Shown here: positions 24,532 through 36,008 of the stretch, piece after piece
How positions within the stretch are numbered: the stretch's first letter is position 1
Layout of the letters: the number at the start of each line of letters is the position of its first letter
NCBI RefSeq assembly: GCF_964194025.1
Contig: NC_134472.1
Coordinates: 38,564,001-38,628,000 of the forward strand
Length of the DNA: 64,000 nt
Direction of reading: 5' to 3'
From: Convolutriloba macropyga
Taxonomy: Eukaryota
Position numbers and translations under genes: made by a program
Notes under the pieces: generated by a model
Seen by the model: only the letters and a program-made list of their open reading frames with translations
Told to the model about the DNA's origin: nothing
Databases searched by the model: none

Positions 24532-27500
24532 TTAAATGGCAATCTGTGCAGCTGTGGAGGCTATAGAGAGTTGATTGTGACTAAGATGAGAGGATTCCTC
24601 TTCAGTGCTCATTGATCCTACCCCTGTGTCTGAGTCTGTTTCCGCTCTACGCCTTCGCGGTTTATGATGATCCTGGTTGCTGCTATTGTTGGTTGAACCC
24701 TGTTGACTTCTCTGGTTTTTCTGATATAAATGATGTGGAGTCAATGTCAAGTTAGCTTTTGATAACTCCTCACTTAGCGATTTAACACTGCTGGACGTTG
24801 AGGTGCTGCTTGGATTTTTGGCCGATTTTCTGGGACTTGTTGGTCTGTTGGATTGTTTTGTTTGACTGACAAGGTGTGATGGGATCAAAGGCTGATAATT
24901 GTTGCTTTTGACAGCAGTACGGTTGTCGCCATTTGCTCCCAACGGAACCCGTGGTGGCCGATGTTGGAGATAATGCGAAGAGTTAGTTTTGCCATGGGGT
25001 TCATATTGCGATTGGCTTTGACTGGAGGTGCTTTTGTTGTTGTTGTTGCTTGTTTTTTCGGGTGAGCGATGATCGGCCTGAATAGATTTTTGCCTGTAGC
25101 AGTAGTCGATTTCATACTCCAGCCGCTGTATTCTCATTTTGTACTCAATAATATCCTGCTCAACTTTACTAATATGAGCCTCAGTTTCTTCTGTCTCTTT
25201 AGAGATAGCCTCACTTGTAGCTTTGGATTGTTCCAGTTCTTGCTGGAGAGTACAAAGACACTTGCGCTCATTTTCTTTATCGGATTTTGGGTATCTGAAA
25301 ATTGTCTGGCACTTTGGACATGTTCTTGGTGAAGGTGCACTTGTCTTGTATTGCCTTTCCAACTGCTTTCTGGCTTTTAAGGAGTCAATCACTGTCAGCA
25401 GTTTTGTCTGTGCTAATTTTTGATTCGTTATTTGGTCTGTTGTTTGTTGGATGCGCTCGTAATATGACTTGATCTCGTGTTGTATCGTAAATTGTTCCCG
25501 GTTGTTGTCTTTTTGAGTAGTATTGTCAAGTGCTTTTCCCAATTCTGAGGTTACCAACGGGGCAGGTAGCTTGCTATAGTCATACTCAGTTTGGTCAATA
25601 GAAAATTTGTCTCTGAGGCTGTCTATAGTTGAGGTACCGTTCAGTCTTCTTTGAAGCAGAATTGACTGTTCTGTGCCAAAAGTGTTGATGTCAGTTTTGT
25701 TTCTCCTGTTGCTACCACTGCTGTCGTTGTTTAGTAGCAACAGCTGAACTATCTGCTGTTCGACAGTGTCTATTCTGTCTTGAAGTGTGGATAGCTCAGC
25801 ACACTGCATTCCAATGTTCTCCTGACACCGATCTCTTTCTTGTTCATCAGGTTCGCCGTCCTTCAAGGATAAATCATTCCTTCTTTCAGCTTCTTGTGGG
25901 GTAAATTTTGGATAATTTCGTTCTTCTTTTGTTTCGTTCGTGTCAAAATACTTTTGGTAATGATGCTGGACTATTCTAGCTGGTGGTGATGGAATTTTAT
26001 TGCTAGAACTGTGAGAAACTTGTGATTGTATTTGCTGCTCCTGGTTTTGCTTGGCTTCGAAAGCTTTTTGTTGTTCCTTCTGTTTCTTGGCTTGAAGAAG
26101 TGAATTCTTCCTGCGTCTTGTGGTTTGTAGCTTTGGTGAAGACACTCGATTGCCTCGATAAATATTCTCTGATTGTGTATCTGTAATTCCTTCAACAGAA
26201 CTTGCGTTCTTTGCTGTTTGGTATGGTAGCGTTTGTTTTCTGGTTGTTACTGGTGTTGACTTGTTCCAGTGGTTGCTGCCAAATCCATCTGGCAATGGAT
26301 GCTGAGGCTCATCTAACTGGGATTGATCGTTTGTATGTATGGAAGCTCTGTGTGGATATTGGGGGTGTTGTTGGCCTTGCGTGTAGATACGTTGGTTGTT
26401 GGTGGATTTTTCTGGCAATAAATGGGATGTTGATTTGGCTGTAAATTGAGGAGACGTGTTCTGTTGTGATTGATAATAGTGATGCGTATAATGATGATTA
26501 GGAGTGTAGCTATTATGGATGTTTGATCTTTTATGGCCAGTGGAGGTATTGTTAGCATTAATATTAAAACCGCCGCTTTTATTAATACCACTGCTACTGT
26601 TATTGTCAGTAGTGTAGCATGTGTTATCAGTAATACTAATATCAAATTCATTGGATTCCTTTTCAGTGTTATGTTTTGATTGCCGTGCCACGTGTGGCAG
26701 TTGCTCCTGCGTGTGCTGAGGAGACTGTTTGTGGGGTGATTGTGTTTGTTGTTCACGCCTGTTGCCTCCTTTCATCCACAACCTGTCACTCCCCGCTATT
26801 GTTCCCATTGTCTCATTATTTCCCCATTCCTCAGTAATTGTTTCATTACTGTTGGGGCTACTTTTCCCCACCTTTTTCTCTTGCATCATTAGTTCTTGTG
26901 TATTTTCTTGCTTGTTGTTTGTAATTGTACTCTCATTAGTACGCTTAGTATTGTTTGTGCATTTGTTGTCTTTCAATGTTTCTTTTGATTCTACTTTGCT
27001 GCCGTAATGGCGAGCATTGAATTCTTTCAGTTCTTTGCAAATGTTTATCATAGGATTTAATTGTTGCTTATCTGAAGAAATTGTTGGCGTTTTGCTTCGG
27101 TTTTGACCATTAATAGCAAACTTTCTTTTGCATGATGGACTTCGCGTGTCCTGTTGCGCTTTCTGATACCGTCTCTCTTTCCGATTTTCCAAATCGTTGT
27201 CAAGAGTACACTTTTGCATGTTGTCAATTGTAGTTTTATGACTTTCAGGGTCATTGTTGGAGGATTTAGTGTTCCGCCAGTTAAACTGGTTTTGTAATTC
27301 AGAATCTTGAATGGCTTCGCGTACAAAGCAGTCAAGTAAGTCATCTGCGGAGTGAACTCTGGTCCTCTGCTTCCTAGAATTGTCCCGCCTTACAGAGACT
27401 TTTCTCAATACTGGATTGTATGTTTTGCTCCGTTCAAGTCCCTCTTGTACTGCTTCGGGGTCATTGGAAGAGGTTGTCTGGTTCACATGACGAGATGAAA

Positions 27501-28347
27501 TTTGGGAAATTAAGTCACGAAAAGAGTAATCGTGATCTTCTGAACTTGCTTTTGAAGTTTGTATAGATCGTGCGCTAGTACCTGTGCCTTCTAACGGGTA
27601 ATTGCGTAAGCTGTCTGAGTTATTTGTTCTTGTGTCTGAAGAATTTTGATGATATGTTTGCAACGCGTCGCCATCGTTCATGTGCTGAATTAGAAGTAGA
27701 CTGTTACTGTCCAATGACATACCTCTTCTGCGTTTACTACGTCTGCGCCTTTCTTTCTGTCTTCCCCGGATATTCTGGTCTTCCTGTACTAATGACGTAA
27801 TATTACTCTGAACACCTGCGTTGACCGTAGGCTCGCCTTGACTCAATGTCTCGCTTTTGGATACAGCTCTGGGTGAAGATGCATTTGGGTCGTCAACAGT
27901 GTTGAAGGTATCAAACTGAGAATATCTATTGCTGCTGTTATTTCTGCTTCTACTTCGTTTGCTGTCTTTCTGGTCGCCTGAACTGGATTTTAAGTCTGTC
28001 GAATGATAACTGTGGCGTGCATTTGTATATGAGTTTGAGCTTGTGTTTGCGTTTGACACAGTACCACCGCCACTGCCGCCGTTTCCATTATTACTGCTAG
28101 CAGATGCATTGTAGTTTTGTACTGCAGTTGTCTTCTGCAAGTGAAACGTTACTCCCTTAGCCTGGCACTTTTTGAATTCGTGTAGTATTTTTACACTGCC
28201 TGAAATAAAACGGCTGTACTTAGTACTAAATGTAAGCGGTTTCATCAAAAACGTATATTCTGTAAACGGCAAATGCGCGTTCGTGTTCTCGTCCTGAGGA
28301 GAACTATTTAAATAATTTAGCAATTCATTCAAAGCGCCTAATCTGGT
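24532..28347 (-). CDS. RASSF9/10-like gene, 3.8-kb terminal exon
   Basis: ORF of >1266 codons with an RA-like segment (YSRFISGSVKILHEF..VTFHLQK), S/N/Q-rich disorder, coiled coils and C-terminal DSDTGVGSM resembling the DSDTG(I/L)SS motif of RASSF9/10. In-frame acceptor CCTCAG| before 28347; a stronger upstream acceptor before 28397 is out of frame (see findings). Confidence 0.8.
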   Translation of the reverse strand, partial: TRLGALNELLNYLNSSPQDENTNAHLPFTEYTFLMKPLTFSTKYSRFISGSVKILHEFKKCQAKGVTFHLQKTTAVQNYNASASSNNGNGGSGGGTVSNANTSSNSYTNARHSYHSTDLKSSSGDQKDSKRSRSRNNSSNRYSQFDTFNTVDDPNASSPRAVSKSETLSQGEPTVNAGVQSNITSLVQEDQNIRGRQKERRRRSKRRRGMSLDSNSLLLIQHMNDGDALQTYHQNSSDTRTNNSDSLRNYPLEGTGTSARSIQTSKASSEDHDYSFRDLISQISSRHVNQTTSSNDPEAVQEGLERSKTYNPVLRKVSVRRDNSRKQRTRVHSADDLLDCFVREAIQDSELQNQFNWRNTKSSNNDPESHKTTIDNMQKCTLDNDLENRKERRYQKAQQDTRSPSCKRKFAINGQNRSKTPTISSDKQQLNPMINICKELKEFNARHYGSKVESKETLKDNKCTNNTKRTNESTITNNKQENTQELMMQEKKVGKSSPNSNETITEEWGNNETMGTIAGSDRLWMKGGNRREQQTQSPHKQSPQHTQEQLPHVARQSKHNTEKESNEFDISITDNTCYTTDNNSSSGINKSGGFNINANNTSTGHKRSNIHNSYTPNHHYTHHYYQSQQNTSPQFTAKSTSHLLPEKSTNNQRIYTQGQQHPQYPHRASIHTNDQSQLDEPQHPLPDGFGSNHWNKSTPVTTRKQTLPYQTAKNASSVEGITDTQSENIYRGNRVSSPKLQTTRRRKNSLLQAKKQKEQQKAFEAKQNQEQQIQSQVSHSSSNKIPSPPARIVQHHYQKYFDTNETKEERNYPKFTPQEAERRNDLSLKDGEPDEQERDRCQENIGMQCAELSTLQDRIDTVEQQIVQLLLLNNDSSGSNRRNKTDINTFGTEQSILLQRRLNGTSTIDSLRDKFSIDQTEYDYSKLPAPLVTSELGKALDNTTQKDNNREQFTIQHEIKSYYERIQQTTDQITNQKLAQTKLLTVIDSLKARKQLERQYKTSAPSPRTCPKCQTIFRYPKSDKENERKCLCTLQQELEQSKATSEAISKETEETEAHISKVEQDIIEYKMRIQRLEYEIDYCYRQKSIQADHRSPEKTSNNNNKSTSSQSQSQYEPHGKTNSSHYLQHRPPRVPLGANGDNRTAVKSNNYQPLIPSHLVSQTKQSNRPTSPRKSAKNPSSTSTSSSVKSLSEELSKANLTLTPHHLYQKNQRSQQGSTNNSSNQDHHKPRRRRAETDSDTGVGSMSTEEESSHLSHNQLSIASTAAQIAI

Positions 28348-30153
28348 CTGAGGAAATTTTCTACCAGCTTTGTTTTTTCATTCACAATTTTTCCAGTCTG
28401 TATGAAAAATAAAATAGAGCAAACAAGCACACTCAATCTTTTTTCAGTCGTTTTCACAATGGTTAAAACACTTAGACAAACCTTTACAGCTTCGATTTGT
28501 GGTGTCTTATTTGAAAACCTAAATTTAATCACTTCAGCCGTGTTTGGGCCGCAATAAAGCTAAGATAATGTAGATTATTCGAAAGGTCGGCCTACGAGAT
28601 AATTTTAACATTTTAAGAGGATTTAAGTCTGGTATGAAAACTTGATTAATTGAATTACAAGGTGCTTAGAAAGCGTATTTGAATGTTCATAGAGTATGCA
28701 CGGTTTTTGAAAACAGCGATGAAACATTATTGACAACAATTTTTCAAGCATAATGCTGCAGACATTTTAGCAGATAATTATTTCAGGAAATTGTGTAGAC
28801 AGGAATTTGTAAGAATTAATGAGCGTTTAGACGTGAACGCTGTTATGTATGCAGTTTCGATGGAGTGGCTCGCGATCTTATCGTTTCTGTTCAATAAATT
28901 CATTAAATAAGTTCAATAATGTCCAATGAAGCGACTCAAGTTTTAGCCCCTAATTGGTCTCAAATTTTATTTTCGATTGAGATTTTTCTGCTTAAATGAG
29001 CTGGATGCAATCGTGAGGTTGAAAGTTTTTGATGTAAATAGCTTATTTCAAAACTTCGTATGCTGTGAACGTTGTACACCAGTTTTTGTTGGATTTCTGT
29101 TGATAAATGAAACTAACCTTGAAAAGATTATGGCTTTATACGAACTGGTGTTTGAAACAATTACTTTTGATCAAACTTGACGGAATCCTTATGTTGCAGT
29201 TTTGCCGAGTTATTATGTTGCTGAAATAAAAGCAAATTTTAAATGTCTTGTTTTCGGTATCAGTTTTTTTACTATGGTAACTGTCTATGATCATGCTACT
29301 GGAAGTTTTATTCCTTATGATGAAGTTTAAAGTACGATTATACTTGGGTTTTTGAAATAATGTCTTAGTGTTTAGGTTTGCTAGCATCCGGTATTCTGCT
29401 AAGATGAGAAATTTTCTGAGGATAAGAATTGTACTGAATTTCTAAAATGAATAATAAATCGTGCGATGCATTTCTTATTCATAGTTTTTGTTTTCATTTT
29501 TGTCAAATCAGAATTGAGTTCATTTTATTAATAGACAGGAAAGATTTTCTTATTTTTGTTTTAGTCTCAGTGTTCATGCTTGATATCTACTTTTGAACGA
29601 AGAAATCCAAATTGGTCATCTGGAAAATTCTAATTCCTTAAATAAATTTTCAGCATATAACTTAAATTTTCATTACAATTGTTATGAATTAGTGTTTTTT
29701 TTCTAAAAAAAAAACTCAAATTGTTGTTATTCTTCTAATCCAGGCAAATAAAAATTAAATGAGATTTTTTCTGGTAGCCCACAGGCTCTGCCTAAACGCT
29801 GTTGTAGCCATGATTTCAGGTGTGATTGACACTCCATTATTGGTGGCTCAATCCCGCTGCATCCATAAAGATGTCTTTGTGAGAATGAGCTCTTTTGCAT
29901 ATCTGCAGGTTTGCCTCAGCCTGAGAGGTTTGGCTGCAATAGTTTTACCAACTGTAGTTATAATGAAAAATTGAAGTGGTAATAGTTTTAAAATGAAGCA
30001 ATACTGCTCATGAAAAGGGGTTCTAAAATGGGGATAATAACAAAAAGCAGACTTATTGTTCCCCAATTACGCAGCAGCACCTTACTTGTTCATTTACTGG
30101 AAACAATAACTTCTTGTTGTTCGGTTATTCTTGCAGTTAGTGTTTAATACAAT

Positions 30154-30514
30154 TAGTTGCTCTCGAACGGAGTTTGAGGCAATTATTGTACAGTGGTATC
30201 CTCTTTATGCAAAGTTTTTTGCCTGAACGTTTTCGCGCTATTTTTCTAAAGCATTCTTTTCTCTCAAGTGAGTTTCGCGTGATCTGCGATGCTCAATTGC
30301 TTTCTTTCCGAAAAAAAATTGTTGCTAACATAAAGGCAATTTTAGCGTTGAATTTGCAAAGGCGATTTAGACTGTAATTACGGAGGTTTGGTGTTCGAAA
30401 CCCTCTGGTGTCGTGATTTTTGCAACCATGAAAAACTTCTAAGCAAGACCTCTTCTAAATTGAATTTCCCCGTCTGTCGTTCGAGAGCAATTCGTCCAAC
30501 GTTAGTCGGTTTGT
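30154..30514 (+). mobile_element. Non-autonomous Helentron/DINE-1-like element, family B (~360 bp)
   Basis: 5' palindrome TTGCTCTCGAAC-GGA-GTTTGAGGCAA. 3' sub-terminal IR GTTCGAGAGCAATT plus hairpin CCAAC-GTTA-GTCGG. Confidence 0.65.
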
Positions 30515-31348
30515 CTTCATTCAAAATGCTACGTAAAATGTGCGCAGCATAATTTCACGCGAGCCTTCATGATTAACTTAATCTTTTTGGATATGTTGAA
30601 CTAGGACCAGGTAGCCAAAAATTCGAGCAGTCACTGCAAACCATATGCAAATTAATTGTAATTGAATTCTTGTAATCAATGTAACCGCGTGTTCAACGAG
30701 CTATCGACAAGAACCCAAAGGAAAATCAGGGGAAATGCTGAAACGTAAACTATTCGAATTCGTAGAAAAAATGATTATTTGTCAAAATTTGAATTTTAGT
30801 TTCCGAAAGTACAAAATTCCAAAGAAGTTGATCACTATAAAAAAATCTTTTTCTAATGTTAATTGGCAACCGCTGCCTAAAAATTAGCTCACTGCCACTT
30901 GACGGCCTGTTTTCTCTGGGTCAATGTCAATTGGTTGGAACTGATTCTGTTTAAACCTAATTTGATTTAATAAACTTGATTGTTAGGTCAGGTCAGTTAA
31001 CGAATAAAATTTTTGATGAAAATTCGGCCCTATGTATATGAAGATTATTAATTTTTCTCGATTAAAGTTTGAAGCAATTATTGTATTCGTGTTTCTTTTT
31101 TTGTGCAAATTATTGCCTTAACATTTTTACTTTAGTGAGTTTAATTTTTGATTTTTGCTGAGCCGTAATTGCGCTCATTTTCAAAATTTTAGGCAGCTGA
31201 ACCCGAGTAGTGACAGTTTACTACTTAGTCAAATGAAAAAGGAGTGGAATTGGGTTTAGTTTTTATTGTTTAAATCTTGCTAGTGCTTTATATAAGCTCT
31301 AATAACATCAATTGAAGATCTTTGGTAAACCTATTGCCTCGCCAATAC

Positions 31349-31428
31349 CTTCACCCCTCTGAAGCAGGCTACAATAAAATCGAGCCTGCGGCAGTCGTGC
31401 AAGTGCAATTCGTCCCACATAGGCGGTT
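31349..31428 (-). CDS. RASSF9/10-like gene, predicted 80-nt exon 2
   Basis: Follows a 54-nt intron with branch-like CTAAT and TTGAACAG acceptor. Encodes KPPMWDELHLHDCRRLDFIVACFRGVK, which would complete the RA domain. Donor AAG|GTATTG, phase 0. Confidence 0.6.
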
Positions 31429-31482
31429 CTGTTCAAATAAATTAGTCATTGCAAGGCTTTGAAATCTGAAAAATTTACTTAC

Positions 31483-31696
31483 TGTGTAATTGTCGGCTAT
31501 ATTCTGGCCATTTTTGGAAGATAGAGTGTTGTTGTAGTGTCTTGACATTTGCGATCTTTTCATGCTTTAGCAAAGAATGTATCACATCTAGACAGGTTGT
31601 GTCTGGAGTCAGGCCTTTGACTGACTTCTCTTTCTCCCCCACCCAGACTCGAACCTCGTCTTCTGTCGCATCAGTGCCAGTGTAATTTGGATCCAT
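31483..31696 (-). CDS. N-terminal RASSF (RASSF9/10-like) protein, coding exon 1, RA domain
   Basis: VRVWVGEKEKSVKGLTPDTTCLDVIHSLL...IFQKW...R matches the N-RASSF RA pattern (VWV..EEK.V.GLT..TT..DVI.ALL..EKW...ER). Donor CACA|GTAAGT, phase 1. Confidence 0.85.
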
Positions 31697-34039
31697 TTTG
31701 AAATTCTGTCTTCATTTTTTCAGTAATTCATAGTAAGAGAGGGGCAGCTCAAGTTTTGGTCAATATGCTGTATAAGGTACTGGTCAATAGCCGATCGAAT
31801 AATAATTGAATCGTCTTTGATTGAGTTTTATGATTATTAGATTTCCACTCAAACATTTGCTGCTGTTGTAACAAATTTCTGACATCTTAAACTCTGAAGA
31901 ACTTGCTCGCTGCTGGTATTCTTTCACGTAAAATATAGCGTAGACGTGAAATATTTACATCCAGTTGGTAAAATGGGTTAGGATAGATTCAAACTAAATG
32001 TAAGCGGTTACCATTTTTCTCGCTCTTTCGAATCAGTTAGTGAATTGTGAATAAATCTATTTGTGAGTGCTTGTAAATAGTTAAGAATTCTTGAGACAGT
32101 GAGCGTGGCCCTGGGATATTTGGGACTGTTTATATGTAAATCGGGAAGTGGGGTGAACTAGTTTCCGAAAAATAGAGCAACATAAATTATGCGCTTGTGA
32201 GGAGGGGGCAAGTCGACTGACACCAGTTGTTTATACATACACTGATCAAATTATTCTCAGCAGTAACATTGAGCACGTCAAAGGTAATGTGTGAATGAAT
32301 GCTTGGGGCGATGCTGAAAGTTTATTGGCGAAGTTGCAAAATGTAAAGAAAATTGTGTGAACGAATTTGGAAGCTTAGTCTTGCACCCACAAATGTTGTA
32401 GCCAGTTAATTCCTCTTTGGCGTTGAGAGTCCATGAATTAAAAGTTTGCGATCATAAGTCGGTCGCATGCAAGCAAAATTCTGTCAAATGAAACGTTTGG
32501 TGCCTCGCAAAGGCGAGGTCTGAAGTCAACGGTTAACTTGGACAACGTTAATCGAATTCTGTGCTGCTGTTATGATAAATTCTGTGTAAAAAAAATAACT
32601 GTGTATTCTGGTGAACTTCATGTCGTCGAAGGACTTACTGGAGGTTGATTTGAACGTGACGAAATTCATAGCAATTAGCTTCAAAATTTCTCGTGAATCG
32701 GGACCAATTATGTATAATTCACACCAATTTGTTCCTCTTCGTTTTGAGCAAACTTCACATTAATTTGACAATGTGTGAAGTTTGTCAATTGGTGAATTGA
32801 TACGGGCCAGCTGGCACGATTCAGAGTTATTGTCGGCTCAATTACAGCAATCGTAAGTCTGTTTCTAGATCTTTATTGTGGCGCGCATAGTGTGAGGGGT
32901 ACGTATGTGTTCAGTGGTTGTGACGGTAAAACTGCAACTTCAGAAGCTGATAATGATGGCGATTATTGTTTGTGGCGTCGAGTATTGTACAACTGACTTT
33001 TTTCTTTGTGTGAGTTAATTTGCTCTTTGGCACCGACTTATCTTTTGTTCGTGTACGTGGTTCGCGCACCTCTCAAACTTGCATGTTTATATGTATATAA
33101 GTGTGTGCCTGTGTGCGCTAGTACATTTTGTCTGCATGTATGCGTATTAGTTTCTTCAACAAACTGCTGTCAAATTGACTTTTTGTATGCACAAGTTTGT
33201 TGTGGCTATTTTGTTTGACGTTATTTATTATTTTTACAGTCTCTATTCGTAATTCACTGATAACAAGTAGCGAATTGGTCAAATTGCAGAACAGCTATTA
33301 CCTTTTTTGACTGATGATTAGAAAAAGGGTCGTACAGCTCAAGAGTGCTCTTTGGTGGAGCTTTTAAGCGTATTGACAGCTGAGTTTTGCTGTGGTTTTT
33401 AATTTGATCCGATTTAAGCGCCGTTGCTGGTCCAAACTGAAGTGCATGATAGCACGTAGACGTTTATAATTATACAATCGAGTAAGTTAATGGTAATGTT
33501 TTTTGCAAGTGTCCAATGGCAAGATTAGTATGTTATGTTTTGAATAATTATGTTCGCATTAGACGTGGTAAATAGATTATTGTGGCCATCACACCTGGAC
33601 CGCTGTTGGGATTATTATTTGGCTTATTTGTTTTGATTCTTTTCAATGTTGCAAAGAGCTCAGCTGGCCTCATTGTTTGATACGAAAGTGTCAAAAGGCA
33701 GCGTATCAAATGGAAACGAAGGAAAAGGTTGAACTTTTTGGAAAACGGCGCGTGTCTTTTTAGGTCTATGTACTATTTGTTCTAAGCAAACATGATATTT
33801 GCTTTGAGTAACTTTTTGAATGTTCGTATATAAGTTCTGAATGGAATTATGACAAGACGAGCAACTCGCATCAATGTGTGCCGTTGTTCGATTTAATTGT
33901 TTTATTCGTTAGGTGTGTGTATCGGCCGCGGCATTCAAAAAGAGGTGTTTAAAGGCATAAAACTGGTCTAAGGTTTGCTATTATTTTTTTTGGGTATCTC
34001 TTCAAATTTAAACCAACTGTCTTTATTTCCAGATTTGCA

Positions 34040-34337
34040 ATGGCAGATGAATCTTACGGAGATGGACAGCAATCACTGGTCTCTAAAAAGACACTGGTTC
34101 TTTTTGATGTTGACGGCACGCTGACTCTGCCTAGAAAAAGCATCCTGCCTAATATGACAGAAGCCCTAGAGAAACTCTCTGCGAGTGGGTATGCTGTGGG
34201 TATTGTTGGTGGGAGTGACCTAGTCAAAATTGCTGAGCAGTTGTGCCAACCAACCGAGCAGCTCAAGTCGGCCTACGATTTTGTGTTCTCAGAGAACGGA
34301 TTGGTTGCTTTTCAAAAAGACAAAAGTCAAACTGCAG
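34040..34337 (+). CDS. PMM2: Phosphomannomutase (HAD family), exon 1
   Basis: LFDVDGTLT catalytic motif, VGGSD, FSENGLVAF. Donor CAG|GTGAAC, phase 1. An invertebrate-type PMM cannot be strictly assigned to PMM1 or PMM2. Confidence 0.93.
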
Positions 34338-34383
34338 GTGAACTATTTGTTAAGGAAACACTCTAACTACGACTATTTATCAA

Positions 34384-34455
34384 GAGAGGCGTGGCTATTA
34401 CTCGCGAGGTATGACCTCATTTGGCCATACCCCGCGAGCGTTGGCCATGCCTCTC
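34384..34455. repeat. 33-bp imperfect inverted repeat (hairpin) in the PMM intron
   Basis: GAGAGGCGTGGCTATTACTCGCGAGGTATGACC-TCATTT-GGCCATACCCCGCGAGCGTTGGCCATGCCTCTC. Confidence 0.8.
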
Positions 34456-35032
34456 GATGAAAAAACTATAAAAAAGAGAAAAATGGGTGATAATAATTTG
34501 CGCCACTTTCATCATTTGTTAAGGTATGTAATTTAGCCTATCCGATAAACTTCATTTTTTTCGGCTATCTGATATGCCGCCGTTAATAATTTTCCTATTA
34601 AGCTTGCAAACAGCACTGAAATGATGCAGCCAAAAATATATAGTTTTTGTTCTCTTCGAATTTTACAGTTTTCGGTCTACTGTCTTATTTTAATTGCTGT
34701 ATCTGCTATTACTTCATAGAGTTTGCAGTTGAGTCCTCTGTTAATTGTTCTTTACTCGTAATTTTTAACTTACGCATTTTATTTGCCAATTTTCAGTCTG
34801 ACTGAGTATACTTTCCGTTTAACGGATTGGAATATATCCCAAAAAGCCAAGGCAAGAAATCTTGCTAGTTTTTTGTAGCTTACTAGTCTCATAAGAGCAT
34901 CGAGCATTGAAATTGCTATGAAGGCATGAATAAAAACAGAGAGGGGAAATTTATTCAGATACTCAAATTAACTTTTCTAATCTTGCCTCTGTTGTTTGCC
35001 CCTTTGTAAAGAGAGCAAGTTGCTCTCTAATA

Positions 35033-35510
35033 TAATTGCTACAAACGAAGTTTGTAGCAATTGTAATAGTCCTGTGGTCTTTTTATGCAATTTTTTGCTT
35101 GGCCAATTTTTCGTCTGACCTATTTGACGTTTTGTCCTCAATAACGGAATAAGCAGGTAACGGCCGGAGGGCATTAAGAGCTCTTAGAGCCTTACACCTT
35201 ACCAGTCTCTAAGAATGATTCACCAAAACTGTTTTCAAGAGACACTTTGGTGTGATGGGCGGTTCTTAAGCTTGATAGTTTGAACCCCTTGGTCACCCCC
35301 CAACACCACCACCCCAACACTCCCCCAGTCCACCCTCCTATACCTTGAGGTTTGTATCCCTTCTTGGCCATCTCTCGCAACCCCCAACGCCACTACGCTT
35401 ACCGCCCCCCCCCCCTCAATGCCAGCATCGCTAAGCCCAAGCTGGGTACTATCGAAACCAACTGCTCGCCGGTCGTTTGTGAGCAATTGGCCCCAACGTT
35501 AGTTGGTTAT
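35033..35510 (+). mobile_element. Non-autonomous Helentron/DINE-1-like element, family B (~480 bp)
   Basis: Perfect 5' palindrome AATTGCTACAAAC-GAA-GTTTGTAGCAATT. 3' sub-terminal IR GTTTGTGAGCAATT plus hairpin CCAAC-GTTA-GTTGG plus TTAT. Homologous copies at ~2710-3152/9740-9780, ~23040-23630 and ~62590-62925. Confidence 0.7.
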
Positions 35511-35729
35511 GAAAGACAAGCTGAATTTGTTAGCAATGTTAGCATTTCAATTTGCTATGGAACGAAGTTTACAGCAATTTATCTAATTAGGTTCGTCCTT
35601 TTAACTGGGAACTGCTAGTGATATTCAAGGTCGAAAGGTCAGTTTAAGGAGTTTTCTTGTAAGACTCTCACCTCCCTATCATACTAGAAACAACAACTTC
35701 TGTGCCTCCCATCTACCCCCCCCCCCTCT

Positions 35730-36008
35730 CTCACACACACACACACACGCACGCACACACACGCTCGCACACGCACGCGCACACACGCTCACGCACACAA
35801 ACGCATGCACGCACACACGCGCACGCACACACGCATGCACGCGCACGCACGCTCACGCACGCACGCGCACACACGCACGCACACACACGCACTCGCACAC
35901 ACACACACGCGCACGCACGCTCGCACACGCACTCACGCACACACACACGAGCACACACGCACGCACACACACACACGCGCGCACGCACGCACGCTCACGC
36001 ACACACGC
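35730..36008. repeat. Compound (CA)/(CG)/(CT) microsatellite
   Basis: About 280 bp of CACACG/CACG-type units preceded by a poly-C run. Confidence 0.95.

Noticed and set aside
29760-29951. Possible extra RASSF exon after CTACAG on the minus strand
   Set aside because: All three frames hit stops before a convincing donor, and I see no recognisable homology.
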